Part shown: one piece after another, positions 11,357 to 22,162 of the stretch
Numbering within the stretch: position 1 is the first letter of the stretch
How the letters are laid out: every line of letters starts with the position of its first letter
Assembly: GCA_024679535.1 (NCBI GenBank)
Contig: JAIBDF010000001.1
Location: forward strand, 21,748 to 85,747
Length of the DNA: 64,000 nt
Reading direction: 5' to 3'
Source of the DNA: Chromatiales bacterium
Lineage (GTDB): Bacteria > Pseudomonadota > Gammaproteobacteria > Steroidobacterales > Woeseiaceae
Notes under the pieces: generated by a model
The model's database searches: none
Seen by the model: only the letters and a program-made list of their open reading frames with translations
Told to the model about the DNA's origin: nothing
Translations under genes and position numbers: made by a program

Positions 11357-13078
11357 ATGCAAACCTCAAGACCAATCATGGCGCGCCCAGTGCCAAGCGC
11401 CGACAACATCGCCGCACTCGGCGATATCGACCCGCTGCACGCGCGGCTCTTCGCCATGCGTGGGTTGACCCACGCGTCGCAACTGGATTATGGACTGGCC
11501 CAGCTCGCCCCGATTGGTGCCCTTGAGAATATCGATCAGGCCGCTGAACTCGTCATCGCCAAGCGCGACAAGAAGATTATTGTCGTTGGTGATTTTGATG
11601 TCGACGGCGCGACGAGTACGGCGCTCGTGCTGCGTTGCCTGCGAGAATTCGGTTTCGCCGATGTCGAGTACCTGGTGCCGAATCGTTTCGAGTACGGCTA
11701 TGGACTCTCGCCGGAAATCGTGCGCGTTGCCGCAGACAAATCGCCCGCGCTGCTGATTACCGTCGATAACGGCGTGTCCAGCGTTGCCGGTGTCGCCGCG
11801 GCAAACGCACTCGGCATTCCGGTGCTGGTGACCGATCATCATCTGCCCGGAGAGGAATTGCCTGACGCCGTAGTAATAGTGAACCCGAATCTCGCAGGCA
11901 GCCAGTTCCCGAGTCGCCACCTGGCCGGGGTGGGGGTGGCCTTCTACCTGATGGCTCGCGTTGGTCGCGTGCTGCAGGAGCAGGGTGTCGCCGGTGCCGC
12001 CAAAATTCCCGCGAAATACCTGGACCTGGTTGCGCTTGGCACGGTAGCTGACGTGGTGCCGCTCGATCATAACAACCGCATACTCGTGCAGCAGGGCCTG
12101 TTTCGGATTCGCGCCGGTCATTCTGTGGTGGGTATCCAGGCTATTCTCAAACAGTCCGGTCGACAGGCGGGTCGGTGTGTCAGCACCGACCTTGGTTTCG
12201 CCGTTGGTCCGCGCATCAACGCGTCCGGCCGCCTCGAGGATATCTCTGTCGGCATCGAGTGCCTGTTGACCGACGACTTCGACACCGCGATGACCTATGC
12301 GCATCAGCTTGACGGCATAAATCGCGAGCGGCGGGATATCGAGGCCACCATGCGGGAACAGGCCTTCGCCTACGTCGACTCGATGGGATCGCAGCGCTGG
12401 CCGGCCTGCGTGTGTGTCTACGACAGTTCCTGGCACCAGGGGGTTGTCGGACTGATCGCGGCCCGGGTTCGGGAGCGTTGTCATCGACCGGTAATTGCGT
12501 TCGCTCGCGAGAACGACCAGTTTTTGAAAGGATCTGCCCGGTCCATCCAGGGCGTGCATGTTCGCGATCTGCTGGAGGCGGTCTCAGCAATGCACCCCGG
12601 CATGATTGAAAAATTCGGCGGACATGCCATGGCGGCTGGGCTAACCATCGCAGAAGGCGCGCTTGAGAAATTCAAAAGTGCGGCGGCCGAACAGATGGCA
12701 AGGCTGTATCCTCAGGCCGATTTCAGCGGCGCCATCGTGACCGACGGTCAACTGCCCGGCGACGCCATCAACCTCGGGTTCGCACGATCGCTGCGGGATG
12801 CGGGCCCCTGGGGTTCGGCATTCCCGGAGCCAATGTGGAGCGGGGATTTCGCGGTCATCGAGCAGCGCACGGTTGGGGAAAATCACCTCAAGCTCAGGGT
12901 GCGGCCGGCCGGTGGCGGCAAGACTGTCGACGCGATTGCATTCAATCAGGCGGGACCGGTTTACCGGGGTACGGTCCAGCTCGCATTTCGTCTTGACGTT
13001 AACGAGTTTCGTGGAGTCGAGAATCCGCAGCTGGTCGTCGAGCAAATTGCTCCGCTAACCGCTGCTGACGCGTGCTAA
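11357..13078 (+). CDS. recJ: ssDNA-specific exonuclease RecJ
   Basis: GDFDVDG, ITVDNG, TDHH and KFGGHAMAAG motifs. Confidence 0.97.
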   Translation: MQTSRPIMARPVPSADNIAALGDIDPLHARLFAMRGLTHASQLDYGLAQLAPIGALENIDQAAELVIAKRDKKIIVVGDFDVDGATSTALVLRCLREFGFADVEYLVPNRFEYGYGLSPEIVRVAADKSPALLITVDNGVSSVAGVAAANALGIPVLVTDHHLPGEELPDAVVIVNPNLAGSQFPSRHLAGVGVAFYLMARVGRVLQEQGVAGAAKIPAKYLDLVALGTVADVVPLDHNNRILVQQGLFRIRAGHSVVGIQAILKQSGRQAGRCVSTDLGFAVGPRINASGRLEDISVGIECLLTDDFDTAMTYAHQLDGINRERRDIEATMREQAFAYVDSMGSQRWPACVCVYDSSWHQGVVGLIAARVRERCHRPVIAFARENDQFLKGSARSIQGVHVRDLLEAVSAMHPGMIEKFGGHAMAAGLTIAEGALEKFKSAAAEQMARLYPQADFSGAIVTDGQLPGDAINLGFARSLRDAGPWGSAFPEPMWSGDFAVIEQRTVGENHLKLRVRPAGGGKTVDAIAFNQAGPVYRGTVQLAFRLDVNEFRGVENPQLVVEQIAPLTAADAC

Positions 13079-13118
13079 CATCGCGGCTTTTGAACAGCAC
13101 GAAACCAGCGATATCCTC

Positions 13119-14214
13119 ATGGAAACCAGCCAGATAAAACAAACGATTACCGACCTCGCCGAGCGCTCCGATGCGTTGAGGAGGTATCTTTGACTATGAG
13201 GGAAAGGCGGAACGCCTGACCGAAGTTCAACGCGAACTCGAACAACCCGACGTCTGGAATGAACCCGAACGCGCGCAGGCGCTGGGACAGGAGCGGGCGC
13301 AACTCGAGCAGGTCGTCGAAGGGCTCGACACGATAAGTACCGGGCTGGCCGATGCGGGGGAACTCCTCGATATGGCCATCGAGGAAGCAGACGACGACAC
13401 GGTCAACGAAGTCGTCAATGATCTCACGCGTTACGAGAAGGTGGTCGCAGGCCTGGAGTTCCGTCGCATGTTCTCGGGTGAGATGGACTCGAATAATGCG
13501 TACGTCGACATCCAGTCAGGCGCCGGAGGGACTGAGGCACAAGACTGGTGCGACATGTTGCTGCGTATGTATCTTCGCTGGGCGGAAGCACATGGGTTCA
13601 AGTCTGAGGTAATAGAGGCGTCTGCCGGTGAAGTGGCGGGCATCAAGAGCGCGACCGTGCACATCAAGGGAGAATATGCCTACGGCTGGTTGCGCACCGA
13701 GACAGGCGTGCATCGGCTGGTTCGTAAATCGCCGTTCGACTCAGGCAACCGCCGACACACATCGTTCGGGTCGGTATTTGTTTCGCCCGAGGTGGACGAC
13801 GATATCGACATTGAAATCGATCCGTCCGATTTGCGTATCGACGTCTACCGCGCGAGTGGCGCCGGTGGCCAGCACGTAAATCGCACGGAGTCGGCGGTGC
13901 GTATTACGCACTTGCCAACCAATACGGTCGTGCAGTGTCAGAACGATCGTTCGCAGCATAAGAACAAGGCGACGGCGATGAAGCAGCTCAAGGCCAAGCT
14001 CTATGAGCTGGAATTGCAGCAGCGCCGCTCAGCGGCCGCCGAAGTCGAGGAAGGCAAGTCGGATGTCGGCTGGGGCAGCCAGATTCGAAACTACGTGCTC
14101 GACCAAAGCCGTATTAAGGATTTGCGTACCGGGATTGAAACCGGTAACACTCAGGCAGTACTTGATGGCGGCCTCGACGCCTTCATCGAGGCCAGTCTCA
14201 AGCAGGGACTGTAG
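13119..14214 (+). CDS. prfB: Peptide chain release factor 2 (programmed +1 frameshift after codon 24)
   Basis: ORF0 [24 protein letters not shown] ends at CTT-TGA-C; the +1 frame continues DYEGKAERL... through the SPF and GGQ motifs to 14214. Confidence 0.97.
13179..13194 (+). promoter_or_regulatory. RF2 autoregulatory +1 frameshift site
   Basis: AGGAGG-TAT-CTT-TGA-C: internal Shine-Dalgarno 3 nt before the CTT TGA slippery site. Confidence 0.96.
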
Positions 14215-14232
14215 ACACAAAACGGAAGACCA

Positions 14233-15735
14233 GTGAACAACGACAAGCAACTAGACGAAAACAAGCTGATCGCCGAACGGCGAGCAAAACTGGATGCTCT
14301 GAAAGAGCAGGGCAACGCGTACCCGAACGATTTTCGGCGCAATGCTATTGCCGAAGAACTGCAACAGACTTTCCATGCGCATGACAACGATGCTCTGGCC
14401 GAAGAACAAGTCGAGGTCAGCGTCGCAGGCCGCATGATGGCCAAGCGCGTTATGGGCAAGGCAAGCTTCGTCAAATTACAGGATCGGTCCGGGCAGATTC
14501 AGCTGCGCCTCGAACGCGACCGACTGCCCGAAGGTGTCTACCAGTCCTTCAAGAAGTGGGATGTCGGAGATATTGTCGGCGCGAAAGGCGTGCTTATGCG
14601 TACGCAAACCGGGGAACTGACGGTGCTCGCTGGCGAGGTTCGCCTGCTGACCAAGTCGCTGCGGCCGCTGCCCGAGAAGTGGGCGGGCCTGTCCGATCAG
14701 GAAACCCGGTATCGCCAGCGCTATGTTGACCTGATCATCAATGCATCGAGTCGCGAGGTGTTTCGCAAGCGCTCACAGATTGTGTCCTACATGCGCGGCT
14801 TCCTCGAATCACTCGATTTTCTCGAGGTTGAGACGCCGATGATGCAGGTGACGCCAGGTGGCGCCATCGCCCGTCCTTTTACTACCCACCACAATGCGCT
14901 CGACATGCCGCTGTATCTCCGCATAGCACCGGAGCTCAACCTTAAACGCCTCGTCGTTGGCGGTTTCGATCGCGTGTACGAGATTAATCGCAATTTCCGC
15001 AATGAGGGTGTGTCAACTCAGCACAATCCGGAATTTACGATGCTGGAGGCCTACCGCGCCTACGCTGATTACAATGACTGGATGGATACGACAGAAGCCA
15101 TGCTGCATGGCATGGCGGAAAGCGTTAACGGCACAACTGTCGTCGAATACCAGGGCGAGACGTATGACTTCGGGAAGAAGTTTGAGCGCATGACGGTTGA
15201 GGAAGCTGTTGCGAAGTACAACCCGGACTTCGATATGTTGAAGGTGCGCGACCGCGACTACCTGGCCGCTTATTGCGAGAAGATTGGTATCCAGGTCAAG
15301 GACAACTATGGTCCCGGAAAACTACAGACCGAGATCTTTGACGCGACCGGTGAGGCCAGCCTCCGCGAACCAACATTTATTACGCAGTACCCGGCTGAAG
15401 TGTCGCCGCTCGCACGCAAGAATGACGAGGATCCGTTCGTTACCGATCGCTTCGAGCTGTTTATTGCCGGACGCGAGATCGCGAATGGGTTTTCGGAGCT
15501 TAATGATTCCGAGGACCAGGCCGAGCGCTTCAAGGCGCAGGTTGAGAATGCGGCGGCTGGCGATGATGAAGCAATGTCCTACGATCATGATTATATACGT
15601 GCGCTTGAGTACGGCTTGCCGCCGACGACGGGTATCGGCATCGGCGTGGATCGGCTGGTTATGTTGCTGACGGATTCAGCGTCGATTCGTGATGTGCTGT
15701 TGTTTCCGCACATGCGGCCGGAAGTCTTCGACTGA
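14233..15735 (+). CDS. lysS: Lysyl-tRNA synthetase (class II)
   Basis: [22 protein letters not shown] and [11 protein letters not shown] motifs. Confidence 0.98.
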   Translation: MNNDKQLDENKLIAERRAKLDALKEQGNAYPNDFRRNAIAEELQQTFHAHDNDALAEEQVEVSVAGRMMAKRVMGKASFVKLQDRSGQIQLRLERDRLPEGVYQSFKKWDVGDIVGAKGVLMRTQTGELTVLAGEVRLLTKSLRPLPEKWAGLSDQETRYRQRYVDLIINASSREVFRKRSQIVSYMRGFLESLDFLEVETPMMQVTPGGAIARPFTTHHNALDMPLYLRIAPELNLKRLVVGGFDRVYEINRNFRNEGVSTQHNPEFTMLEAYRAYADYNDWMDTTEAMLHGMAESVNGTTVVEYQGETYDFGKKFERMTVEEAVAKYNPDFDMLKVRDRDYLAAYCEKIGIQVKDNYGPGKLQTEIFDATGEASLREPTFITQYPAEVSPLARKNDEDPFVTDRFELFIAGREIANGFSELNDSEDQAERFKAQVENAAAGDDEAMSYDHDYIRALEYGLPPTTGIGIGVDRLVMLLTDSASIRDVLLFPHMRPEVFD

Positions 15736-15747
15736 TAAGACGTTAGG

Positions 15748-16437
15748 TCAGGCAACGACGCCAAAGAATCGGCCAACGCCGGCCGTGAGTGTCATGGCAA
15801 GCGCGCCCCAAAATGTCACACGCGCGGCTCCGATCAGGAGGTTCGCACCGCCCGCGCGTGCGGCCAGCGCACCGAGAAATGCAAGAAAGGCCAGTGACGA
15901 TACAGCGATGACGATTATCTGTCTGGAGCCCGGCACGAGCCACGCAACCACCAGGGGCAGTGCGGCGCCGACGGTAAATGTGGCCGCGGAATAAATGCCT
16001 GCCTGAACCGGCCGGGCACTGGCGTGATCAACTATGCCGATTTCATCCCTGGCATGTGCTCCAAGGGCATCGTGGTCCATCAGCTGTTCCGCTACCGTTC
16101 TGGCAAGACCTGGCTCGACGCCTCTGTTTGCGTAGATCTCAGCAAGCTCGTCCACTTCAACTTCATAGTTATCTTCGAGAGACTGCATTTCGAGTTCGAG
16201 GTCGGCCTTTTCGGTATCAGCCTGCGAGCTCACTGAGACATATTCACCAGCGGCCATGGACATTGCGCCGGCAACCAGCCCAGCCACACCGGCAATGAGA
16301 ATGCTCTCCTGCGAAACACCCGCGGAGGCGACGCCGATAATCAGGCTGGCGGTGGATACGATTCCGTCATTCGCGCCCAGGACTGCAGCGCGCAACCATC
16401 CGATCCGGTGTGCTCTATGCGCCTCGTGGTGACTCAC
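15748..16437 (-). CDS. VIT1/CCC1 family Fe2+/Mn2+ transporter
   Basis: WLRAAVLGANDGIVS and AGAMSMAAGEYVSVSSQ motifs. Confidence 0.93.
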   Translation of the reverse strand: MSHHEAHRAHRIGWLRAAVLGANDGIVSTASLIIGVASAGVSQESILIAGVAGLVAGAMSMAAGEYVSVSSQADTEKADLELEMQSLEDNYEVEVDELAEIYANRGVEPGLARTVAEQLMDHDALGAHARDEIGIVDHASARPVQAGIYSAATFTVGAALPLVVAWLVPGSRQIIVIAVSSLAFLAFLGALAARAGGANLLIGAARVTFWGALAMTLTAGVGRFFGVVA

Positions 16438-17099
16438 TTCGGGTCCGGCTCCAGATTGCGCAGGGGTGCATGCGAAAGCATGATGTCGCCGACGGACAAG
16501 CCAGCGTCAGCAAGATCGACGGGCACGACCGCGAGCAGGTTGCGGTCCGAGACATTCAGGACTTCACCGACATCGCGACCGTCCAGGGACACCTTGTCGC
16601 CTGCGCAGACAGGCGCGTCACTCGCAAATCGGATGGCGCGACGTTTTGTCGCGCCTTTGTAGTGGGTTCGAGCAACAATTTCCTGGCCCGGATAGCAGCC
16701 CTTGTCCATGCTGAGCGCGTCGAGAAGGTCAAGATTCAGCATGTGTGGCGTAAATTGCTCGACCTGACTGCTTCCGATATAGGGGTGGCCACGTTCGATA
16801 AGATGGGCGGGATCGACCGTCTGGCCAGCGTCGAGGATTCCGAATTCGACTTTTGATCGAAACCGGAACATCGTCATCCGTTGGACAATGGCATCGGCCG
16901 TATCGGCCGGGGCGGACAGGCCATAGCCGTTGTCGATCGGAAAAACCGTCCCAAACCAGATCACGCGGCCCTTCGGGCTGCACCAGGCAGCCAGAATTTC
17001 CGCCTCGGACTCCAGGCGCCGCAGGTCGTTCGTCAGCTGCGCCTGCAGAAACTCGAAGGCGTCGGGGCCGGTCACTTTGATGGTCTGAATCGAATGCAT
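16434..17099 (-). CDS. ygfZ: YgfZ-like folate-binding Fe-S repair protein (short form)
   Basis: GPDAFEFLQAQLTND and KGCYPGQEIVAR motifs; start taken at ATG 17099. Confidence 0.88.
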   Translation of the reverse strand: MHSIQTIKVTGPDAFEFLQAQLTNDLRRLESEAEILAAWCSPKGRVIWFGTVFPIDNGYGLSAPADTADAIVQRMTMFRFRSKVEFGILDAGQTVDPAHLIERGHPYIGSSQVEQFTPHMLNLDLLDALSMDKGCYPGQEIVARTHYKGATKRRAIRFASDAPVCAGDKVSLDGRDVGEVLNVSDRNLLAVVPVDLADAGLSVGDIMLSHAPLRNLEPDPK

Positions 17100-17157
17100 A
17101 CTAAAGTAGCTGTTAGTTGGTACTGCAGGTTGCTCAAGGCTCTGGCATACTTTCGCC

Positions 17158-17346
17158 ATGAGCGCACGGGACCCAAAGAACAAGGCCGAAAAAGTCACTT
17201 CCAAGAGTGACCCTGAACCGGATAGTACCCCACCAGAGACCGAAGATCGGCAGGTCGTTCGATCGAAGGAGATCGGCGGTCGTGGTGGACTCGACCCAAC
17301 CCGCTACGGGGATTGGGAAAAAGCCGGGCGCTGTATCGATTTTTGA
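17158..17346 (+). CDS. DUF1674 / SDH assembly factor 4-like protein
   Basis: C-terminal EIGGRGGLDPTRYGDWEKAGRCIDF signature; directly upstream of sdhC. Confidence 0.88.
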   Translation: MSARDPKNKAEKVTSKSDPEPDSTPPETEDRQVVRSKEIGGRGGLDPTRYGDWEKAGRCIDF

Positions 17347-17361
17347 TCAAGAAGCTATCTC

Positions 17362-17739
17362 ATGAATAATCACGACAGGCCTCTGTCGCCGCATCTCTCG
17401 ATCTATCGCTGGCCGATTACCATGGTCTCGTCGATCCTGCATCGCGCCACGGGCATAGCGATGGCAGCAGGTTTCATTGTCCTGGTTGGCTGGCTGTTCG
17501 ACGCGGCCTCCGGACCGGACGTGTATGCGAAGTTCCTTGGCGTCATGGACTCAACCCTCGGTTGCGTGCTCCTGGTTGGCTGGAGCTATGCGTTCTTCTA
17601 CCACCTCTCGAACGGCATCCGGCATCTTGTCTGGGACACCGGTCGCGGCCTTGAAATAGGGCAGGCGACGGCGTCGGCATGGTTCGTCATCGTGGCGTCT
17701 ATCGTGCTAACGGCAGCATTCTGGTGGGTGGCGTCATGA
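17362..17739 (+). CDS. sdhC: Succinate dehydrogenase cytochrome b556 subunit
   Basis: RPLSPHL, SILHRATG and HLSNGIRHLVWD motifs. Confidence 0.96.
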   Translation: MNNHDRPLSPHLSIYRWPITMVSSILHRATGIAMAAGFIVLVGWLFDAASGPDVYAKFLGVMDSTLGCVLLVGWSYAFFYHLSNGIRHLVWDTGRGLEIGQATASAWFVIVASIVLTAAFWWVAS

Positions 17740-18116
17740 GCCTGCGATCACCTCTCGGTCGGGTACTCGGTCTCGGCACCGCCAAAGACGGCACGTCACA
17801 CTGGTGGGGCCAGCGGGTCTCTGGTATCGCACTGGCCGTACTGGGACTCTGGTTTGCCTGGTCGCTCGCGACCCTGTCGGGTTTCAGCTATCCGGAGGCG
17901 GTGGCATTTATCAGCCAGCCAGTTAACGCCTTGCTGTTGTTGCTCCTGAGTATCACGATGGCCTGGCATTCCTACCTCGGCGTACAGGTTGTCATCGAGG
18001 ACTATGTCCACGGACATGGCCTCAAGATTGCTTCGCTCCTTCTATCCCGCTACGCACATTTCGTTCTCGCGGCAGCGGCCATATTTGCCATTTTAAAACT
18101 CGGAATCGGCGCATGA
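17736..18116 (+). CDS. sdhD: Succinate dehydrogenase membrane anchor subunit
   Basis: GTSHWWGQR and [15 protein letters not shown] motifs; ATGA overlap with sdhC. Confidence 0.95.
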   Translation: MSLRSPLGRVLGLGTAKDGTSHWWGQRVSGIALAVLGLWFAWSLATLSGFSYPEAVAFISQPVNALLLLLLSITMAWHSYLGVQVVIEDYVHGHGLKIASLLLSRYAHFVLAAAAIFAILKLGIGA

Positions 18117-19897
18117 GCGATTACGAATTCATCGATCACAGTTATGACGTTGTCGTCATTGGTGCCGGCGGCGCCGGCCTGCGTGCGACCTTTGGCCTGG
18201 CGGAAGCTGGCTTCAAAACCGCTTGCGTCACCAAGGTATTCCCGACCCGCAGTCATACGGTAGCGGCGCAGGGTGGTATCTCGGCAGCGCTCGGCAACAT
18301 GGGCGAGGACGACTGGCGCTGGCACATGTACGACACCGTCAAGGGGTCCGACTGGCTCGGCGATCAGGACGCGATCGAGTACATGTGCAAGGAAGCCCCG
18401 GATGCGGTCATCGAGCTCGAGCATTATGGTGTGCCGTTCTCGCGCACTGAAGACGGCAAGATTTACCAACGCCCGTTCGGTGGCATGACGACTCGCTTCG
18501 GTGAGGGTACGGCACAGCGCACGTGTGCCGCGGCCGATCGCACGGGTCACGCCATGCTGCACACGCTCTACCAGCAGTCCCTCAAACACGATGCCGAGTT
18601 CTACATTGAGTATTTTGCCGTGGACCTGATCATGGAAGAGGGTCAGTGCCGCGGTGTCGTCGCAATCGACCTGGCGACCGGGCGCCTGCATCGCTTCCGC
18701 TCGCATCAGGTCATTCTCGCGACGGGTGGTTATGGCCGTTCTTATTTCTCCTGTACTTCGGCACACACCTGCACAGGTGATGGCAGCGCCATGGTGTTGC
18801 GCGCAGGCCTGCCAGTGCAGGACATGGAGTTCGTGCAGTTTCACCCGACCGGAATCTACGGAGCTGGCTGCCTGATCACGGAAGGTGTGCGTGGCGAGGG
18901 CGGATACCTGACAAATTCGGAAGGCGAGCGATTCATGGAGCGCTACGCGCCGAATGCCAAGGACCTCGCGTCACGTGATGTGGTCTCAAGGTCCATGACT
19001 ATTGAGATTCGCGAAGGCCGCGGTGTCGGTGCTGACAAAGATCATATCCATCTGCATCTCGAGCACCTGGGGCCGGAGGTCATCGAAGAGCGCCTTCCCG
19101 GCATCGCGGAATCCGCACGAATTTTTGCCGGTGTGGACGTGACCAAGGAGCCGATTCCGGTCCTGCCGACCGTGCATTACAACATGGGCGGCATTCCCGC
19201 CAATTTCAACGGCCAGGTTGTCACGAAGCGCGATGGCGATCCTGAATCTGTTGTCGAGGGGCTGATGGCCGTCGGTGAGGCCGCATGTGTTTCGGTTCAT
19301 GGTGCCAATCGCCTGGGTTCAAATTCACTCCTCGACCTGGTTGTATTCGGCCGCGCGGCAGCACATTTCTGTGCCGAGGCGATGACGCCGGGTACCCGCC
19401 ACAAGCCGTTGCCGGAGGATGCGGGGCAGGATAGCGTTGCGCGCATCGATCAGCTGCGCAATGCAGACGGCAGTCGACCGACCGCCGAAATCCGCCTCGA
19501 AATGCAGAAAGTCATGCAGGACCATGCGGCGGTGTTCCGCACGGGTGAAGTACTGGAAGAGGGCGTCGCGCTGTTGCGTAAGACATTTACGTCGTTCGAC
19601 GATGTCGCCGTAAGCGATCGTTCGCTGGTCTGGAATACGGATCTCGTCGAGACGATCGAACTTGAAAACCTGTTGCTCAACGCGACCGCTACCATCGAAT
19701 CGGCGGCGAATCGCCTGGAGAGCCGCGGTGCTCATGCTCGCGAGGACTACCCGGATCGCGATGACGATAACTGGATGAAACACACGCTGAGCTGGGTTGG
19801 TGGCCCAGGCGATGTGAAGTTCGATTATCGGCCCGTTCACGAGCAGACGCTGACTGATGAGGTCGACTACGTCGAGCCGAAAGCGAGGGTGTACTGA
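18113..19897 (+). CDS. sdhA: Succinate dehydrogenase flavoprotein subunit
   Basis: [16 protein letters not shown] (covalent FAD His) and [11 protein letters not shown] motifs. Confidence 0.99.
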   Translation: MSDYEFIDHSYDVVVIGAGGAGLRATFGLAEAGFKTACVTKVFPTRSHTVAAQGGISAALGNMGEDDWRWHMYDTVKGSDWLGDQDAIEYMCKEAPDAVIELEHYGVPFSRTEDGKIYQRPFGGMTTRFGEGTAQRTCAAADRTGHAMLHTLYQQSLKHDAEFYIEYFAVDLIMEEGQCRGVVAIDLATGRLHRFRSHQVILATGGYGRSYFSCTSAHTCTGDGSAMVLRAGLPVQDMEFVQFHPTGIYGAGCLITEGVRGEGGYLTNSEGERFMERYAPNAKDLASRDVVSRSMTIEIREGRGVGADKDHIHLHLEHLGPEVIEERLPGIAESARIFAGVDVTKEPIPVLPTVHYNMGGIPANFNGQVVTKRDGDPESVVEGLMAVGEAACVSVHGANRLGSNSLLDLVVFGRAAAHFCAEAMTPGTRHKPLPEDAGQDSVARIDQLRNADGSRPTAEIRLEMQKVMQDHAAVFRTGEVLEEGVALLRKTFTSFDDVAVSDRSLVWNTDLVETIELENLLLNATATIESAANRLESRGAHAREDYPDRDDDNWMKHTLSWVGGPGDVKFDYRPVHEQTLTDEVDYVEPKARVY

Positions 19898-20679
19898 TGG
19901 CTGAATTCAGGCTCCCGAAAAACTCGCGGATCAAGAAGGGCAAGCATTTCGCTGCAGCTAACGGTTCGAGCAATACACGAACCTATGCCGTGTACCGCTA
20001 CGATCCCGATAGCGGCGAGAATCCGCGGGTAGATACTTTCGAGATCGACATGGACAACTGCGGTCCGATGGTTCTCGACGCGCTGATCAAAATCAAGAAT
20101 GAGATCGATCCGACGCTGACGTTTCGTCGCTCCTGTCGCGAGGGTATCTGCGGCTCCTGTGCCATGAATATTGACGGCGGTAACACGCTTGCCTGTACAC
20201 GGGCCAACGACGAGGTCAAAGGCGACGTAAAGATCTATCCGCTGCCGCATATGCCGGTGGTGAAGGACCTCGTTACCGACCTGACGAACTTCTACGCGCA
20301 GTACGCGTCGATCAAGCCCTGGCTGCAGGCGCGCACGCCGCCACCGCCTGACCAGGAGCGTTTGCAGTCAAAAGAGGATCAGGAGCTCATTAATGAACCG
20401 GCCGCCTGCATCCTGTGCGCCTGTTGTTCGACCAGCTGCCCGAGCTACTGGTGGAATTCTGATCGTTACCTCGGACCGGCAGCACTGCTTGCTGCCTATC
20501 GCTGGCTGGTAGACAGTCGCGATGAGGCGACCGGTGAGCGCCTTGATGAACTTGAGGATCCGTTCCGTCTGTATCGTTGTCATACGATCATGAACTGCAC
20601 GCAAACCTGTCCGAAAGGTCTGAATCCGGCGCAAGCTATTGCCGAGACCAAGAAGATGCTCGCGGAAAGAAAGTACTAA
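19897..20679 (+). CDS. sdhB: Succinate dehydrogenase iron-sulfur subunit
   Basis: [25 protein letters not shown] and [12 protein letters not shown]ys clusters. Confidence 0.98.
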   Translation: MAEFRLPKNSRIKKGKHFAAANGSSNTRTYAVYRYDPDSGENPRVDTFEIDMDNCGPMVLDALIKIKNEIDPTLTFRRSCREGICGSCAMNIDGGNTLACTRANDEVKGDVKIYPLPHMPVVKDLVTDLTNFYAQYASIKPWLQARTPPPPDQERLQSKEDQELINEPAACILCACCSTSCPSYWWNSDRYLGPAALLAAYRWLVDSRDEATGERLDELEDPFRLYRCHTIMNCTQTCPKGLNPAQAIAETKKMLAERKY

Positions 20680-20717
20680 TGTGAGAGGGCCTTCAGGCTC
20701 GCTACAGGCGTGAATTG

Positions 20718-20960
20718 ATGTCCGAGGAATCCCGACTCAGGTGGCAATGCCGTCGCGGCATGCGCGAGCTCGACGAGCTCCTGGTCCGCTATCTGGAAGA
20801 AAGCTACGCTGGTGACAGCGAGGACGATAAGGCCGCGTTTCGGGCAGTTCTGGAGCTTGCCGACCCCGAGTTGAACGGCTATTTGTTGCAACGGCAAATA
20901 CCGTCTTCAGAGTCGATCGCGCGTGTCATCAACCGCATACTCCGCCGAATTCAAACCTGA
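20718..20960 (+). CDS. sdhE: FAD assembly factor SdhE (SDHAF2)
   Basis: RLRWQCRRGMRELD motif. Confidence 0.92.
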   Translation: MSEESRLRWQCRRGMRELDELLVRYLEESYAGDSEDDKAAFRAVLELADPELNGYLLQRQIPSSESIARVINRILRRIQT

Positions 20961-21357
20961 TCCGCGCCTGCGACGGCTCGTCGCCGGTTCCGGTGTGCTG
21001 CTCGGTATTGCGGGCTTTCTTGTCATCCTCCACTTGCCCACCGACATCTGGATGCGGCTGGCTGCCTGCCTCCTGTGGGTGGGGTCCGCGGCCCGTGACC
21101 ACTGGCAGCTGCAGCGCGGCTGGGCTGATTGTCTTGCACTGCGTTTCACCGCGAGCGGGGAACTCTCGGTCCTCGGAGCGGACCAAACCTGGCGCGCGGC
21201 GCGCCGACAAAGCGGCTCTGTGCTGCTCAGGAAATTTGGCTGGATTCGTTTGCGGGACCATCGTGGCCTGGTATTTGGCGAGCTGCTATTCGGGGATGAT
21301 CGTGCAAGCCCCGACTGGCGACGGTTGCAGGTGATCTGGCGGCACGTTGGAGCTTGA
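20923..21357 (+). CDS. YgfX-like membrane protein
   Basis: Two TM segments and a C-terminal WRRLQV motif; overlaps sdhE as in sdhE-ygfX operons. Confidence 0.7.
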   Translation: MSSTAYSAEFKPDPRLRRLVAGSGVLLGIAGFLVILHLPTDIWMRLAACLLWVGSAARDHWQLQRGWADCLALRFTASGELSVLGADQTWRAARRQSGSVLLRKFGWIRLRDHRGLVFGELLFGDDRASPDWRRLQVIWRHVGA

Positions 21358-21481
21358 GATTTAAGCTGCTAACATGCTCTTTGAGCAGGAAAAAATAACA
21401 ATAGCGGTGGGTGCCAGGGCGATCTGCCTGGCCACGGATGAACGGCGTCACAGAATAAAGATGAATAACGCAGAATTTCGA

Positions 21482-21508
21482 GAACTTATCGCCCTCACAC
21501 CGGTCTAT
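21482..21508 (+). promoter_or_regulatory. sigmaE-dependent autoregulatory promoter of rpoE
   Basis: GAACTT (21482-21487), 16-nt spacer, TCTAT (21504-21508), ending 45 nt upstream of the rpoE ATG. Confidence 0.82.
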
Positions 21509-21553
21509 CCCGGTGTCGGCAGGCTGTATGGAAATTCTGGCGAGCAAGCCTGA

Positions 21554-22129
21554 ATGTCGAATCAGTCGTCTGACAAAAAGCTGGTCAAGCGGGTCCAGAA
21601 AGGTGACAAGGGTGCGTTTGATCTGCTGGTGCTCAAATACCAGCACAAGATAGTCAACCTGGTGATGCGTTATGTGCGCGATCCTGACCTGGCGCTCGAT
21701 ATTACGCAGGAGGCGTTTATCAAGGCATACCGGGCTTTACCGAGGTTTCGCGGCGACAGTGCGTTTTACACGTGGATGTATCGCATCGCGGTGAACACGG
21801 CGAAGAACCATCTTGCGGCGCAACGGCGAAGGCCGATGGATGTGGAGCTGGACCTGCAGGACCCGGAGCAATACGACCTGCATGCCAAACTTAAGGAGAC
21901 GGATACTCCGGAGGGAGTGACGCTCAGCAACGAATTGAAGGAAATCGTGGAACGTGCCATCGCAGCGCTGCCGGAAGATCTGAGGACTGCGATCATCCTG
22001 CGCGAACTGGAAGGCATGAGTTACGAGGAAATAGCGCAGACCATGGAGTGTCCGGTTGGCACCGTGAGGTCGAGAATTTTCAGGGCGCGAGACGCGATTG
22101 CAAAAAAAGTCGGTCCGCTGACCCGCTAG
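21554..22129 (+). CDS. rpoE: ECF sigma factor RpoE
   Basis: AFDLLVLKYQHKI, FRGDSAFYTWMYRIAVNTAKN and CPVGTVRSRIFRAR motifs. Confidence 0.97.
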   Translation: MSNQSSDKKLVKRVQKGDKGAFDLLVLKYQHKIVNLVMRYVRDPDLALDITQEAFIKAYRALPRFRGDSAFYTWMYRIAVNTAKNHLAAQRRRPMDVELDLQDPEQYDLHAKLKETDTPEGVTLSNELKEIVERAIAALPEDLRTAIILRELEGMSYEEIAQTMECPVGTVRSRIFRARDAIAKKVGPLTR

Positions 22130-22162
22130 ATGTAAGGGCTGACAAGCCCGTGTGAGTCAATT

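Noticed and set aside
11366..12559. 397-aa antisense ORF within recJ
   Set aside because: Shadow ORF typical of GC-rich coding strands; no motifs.
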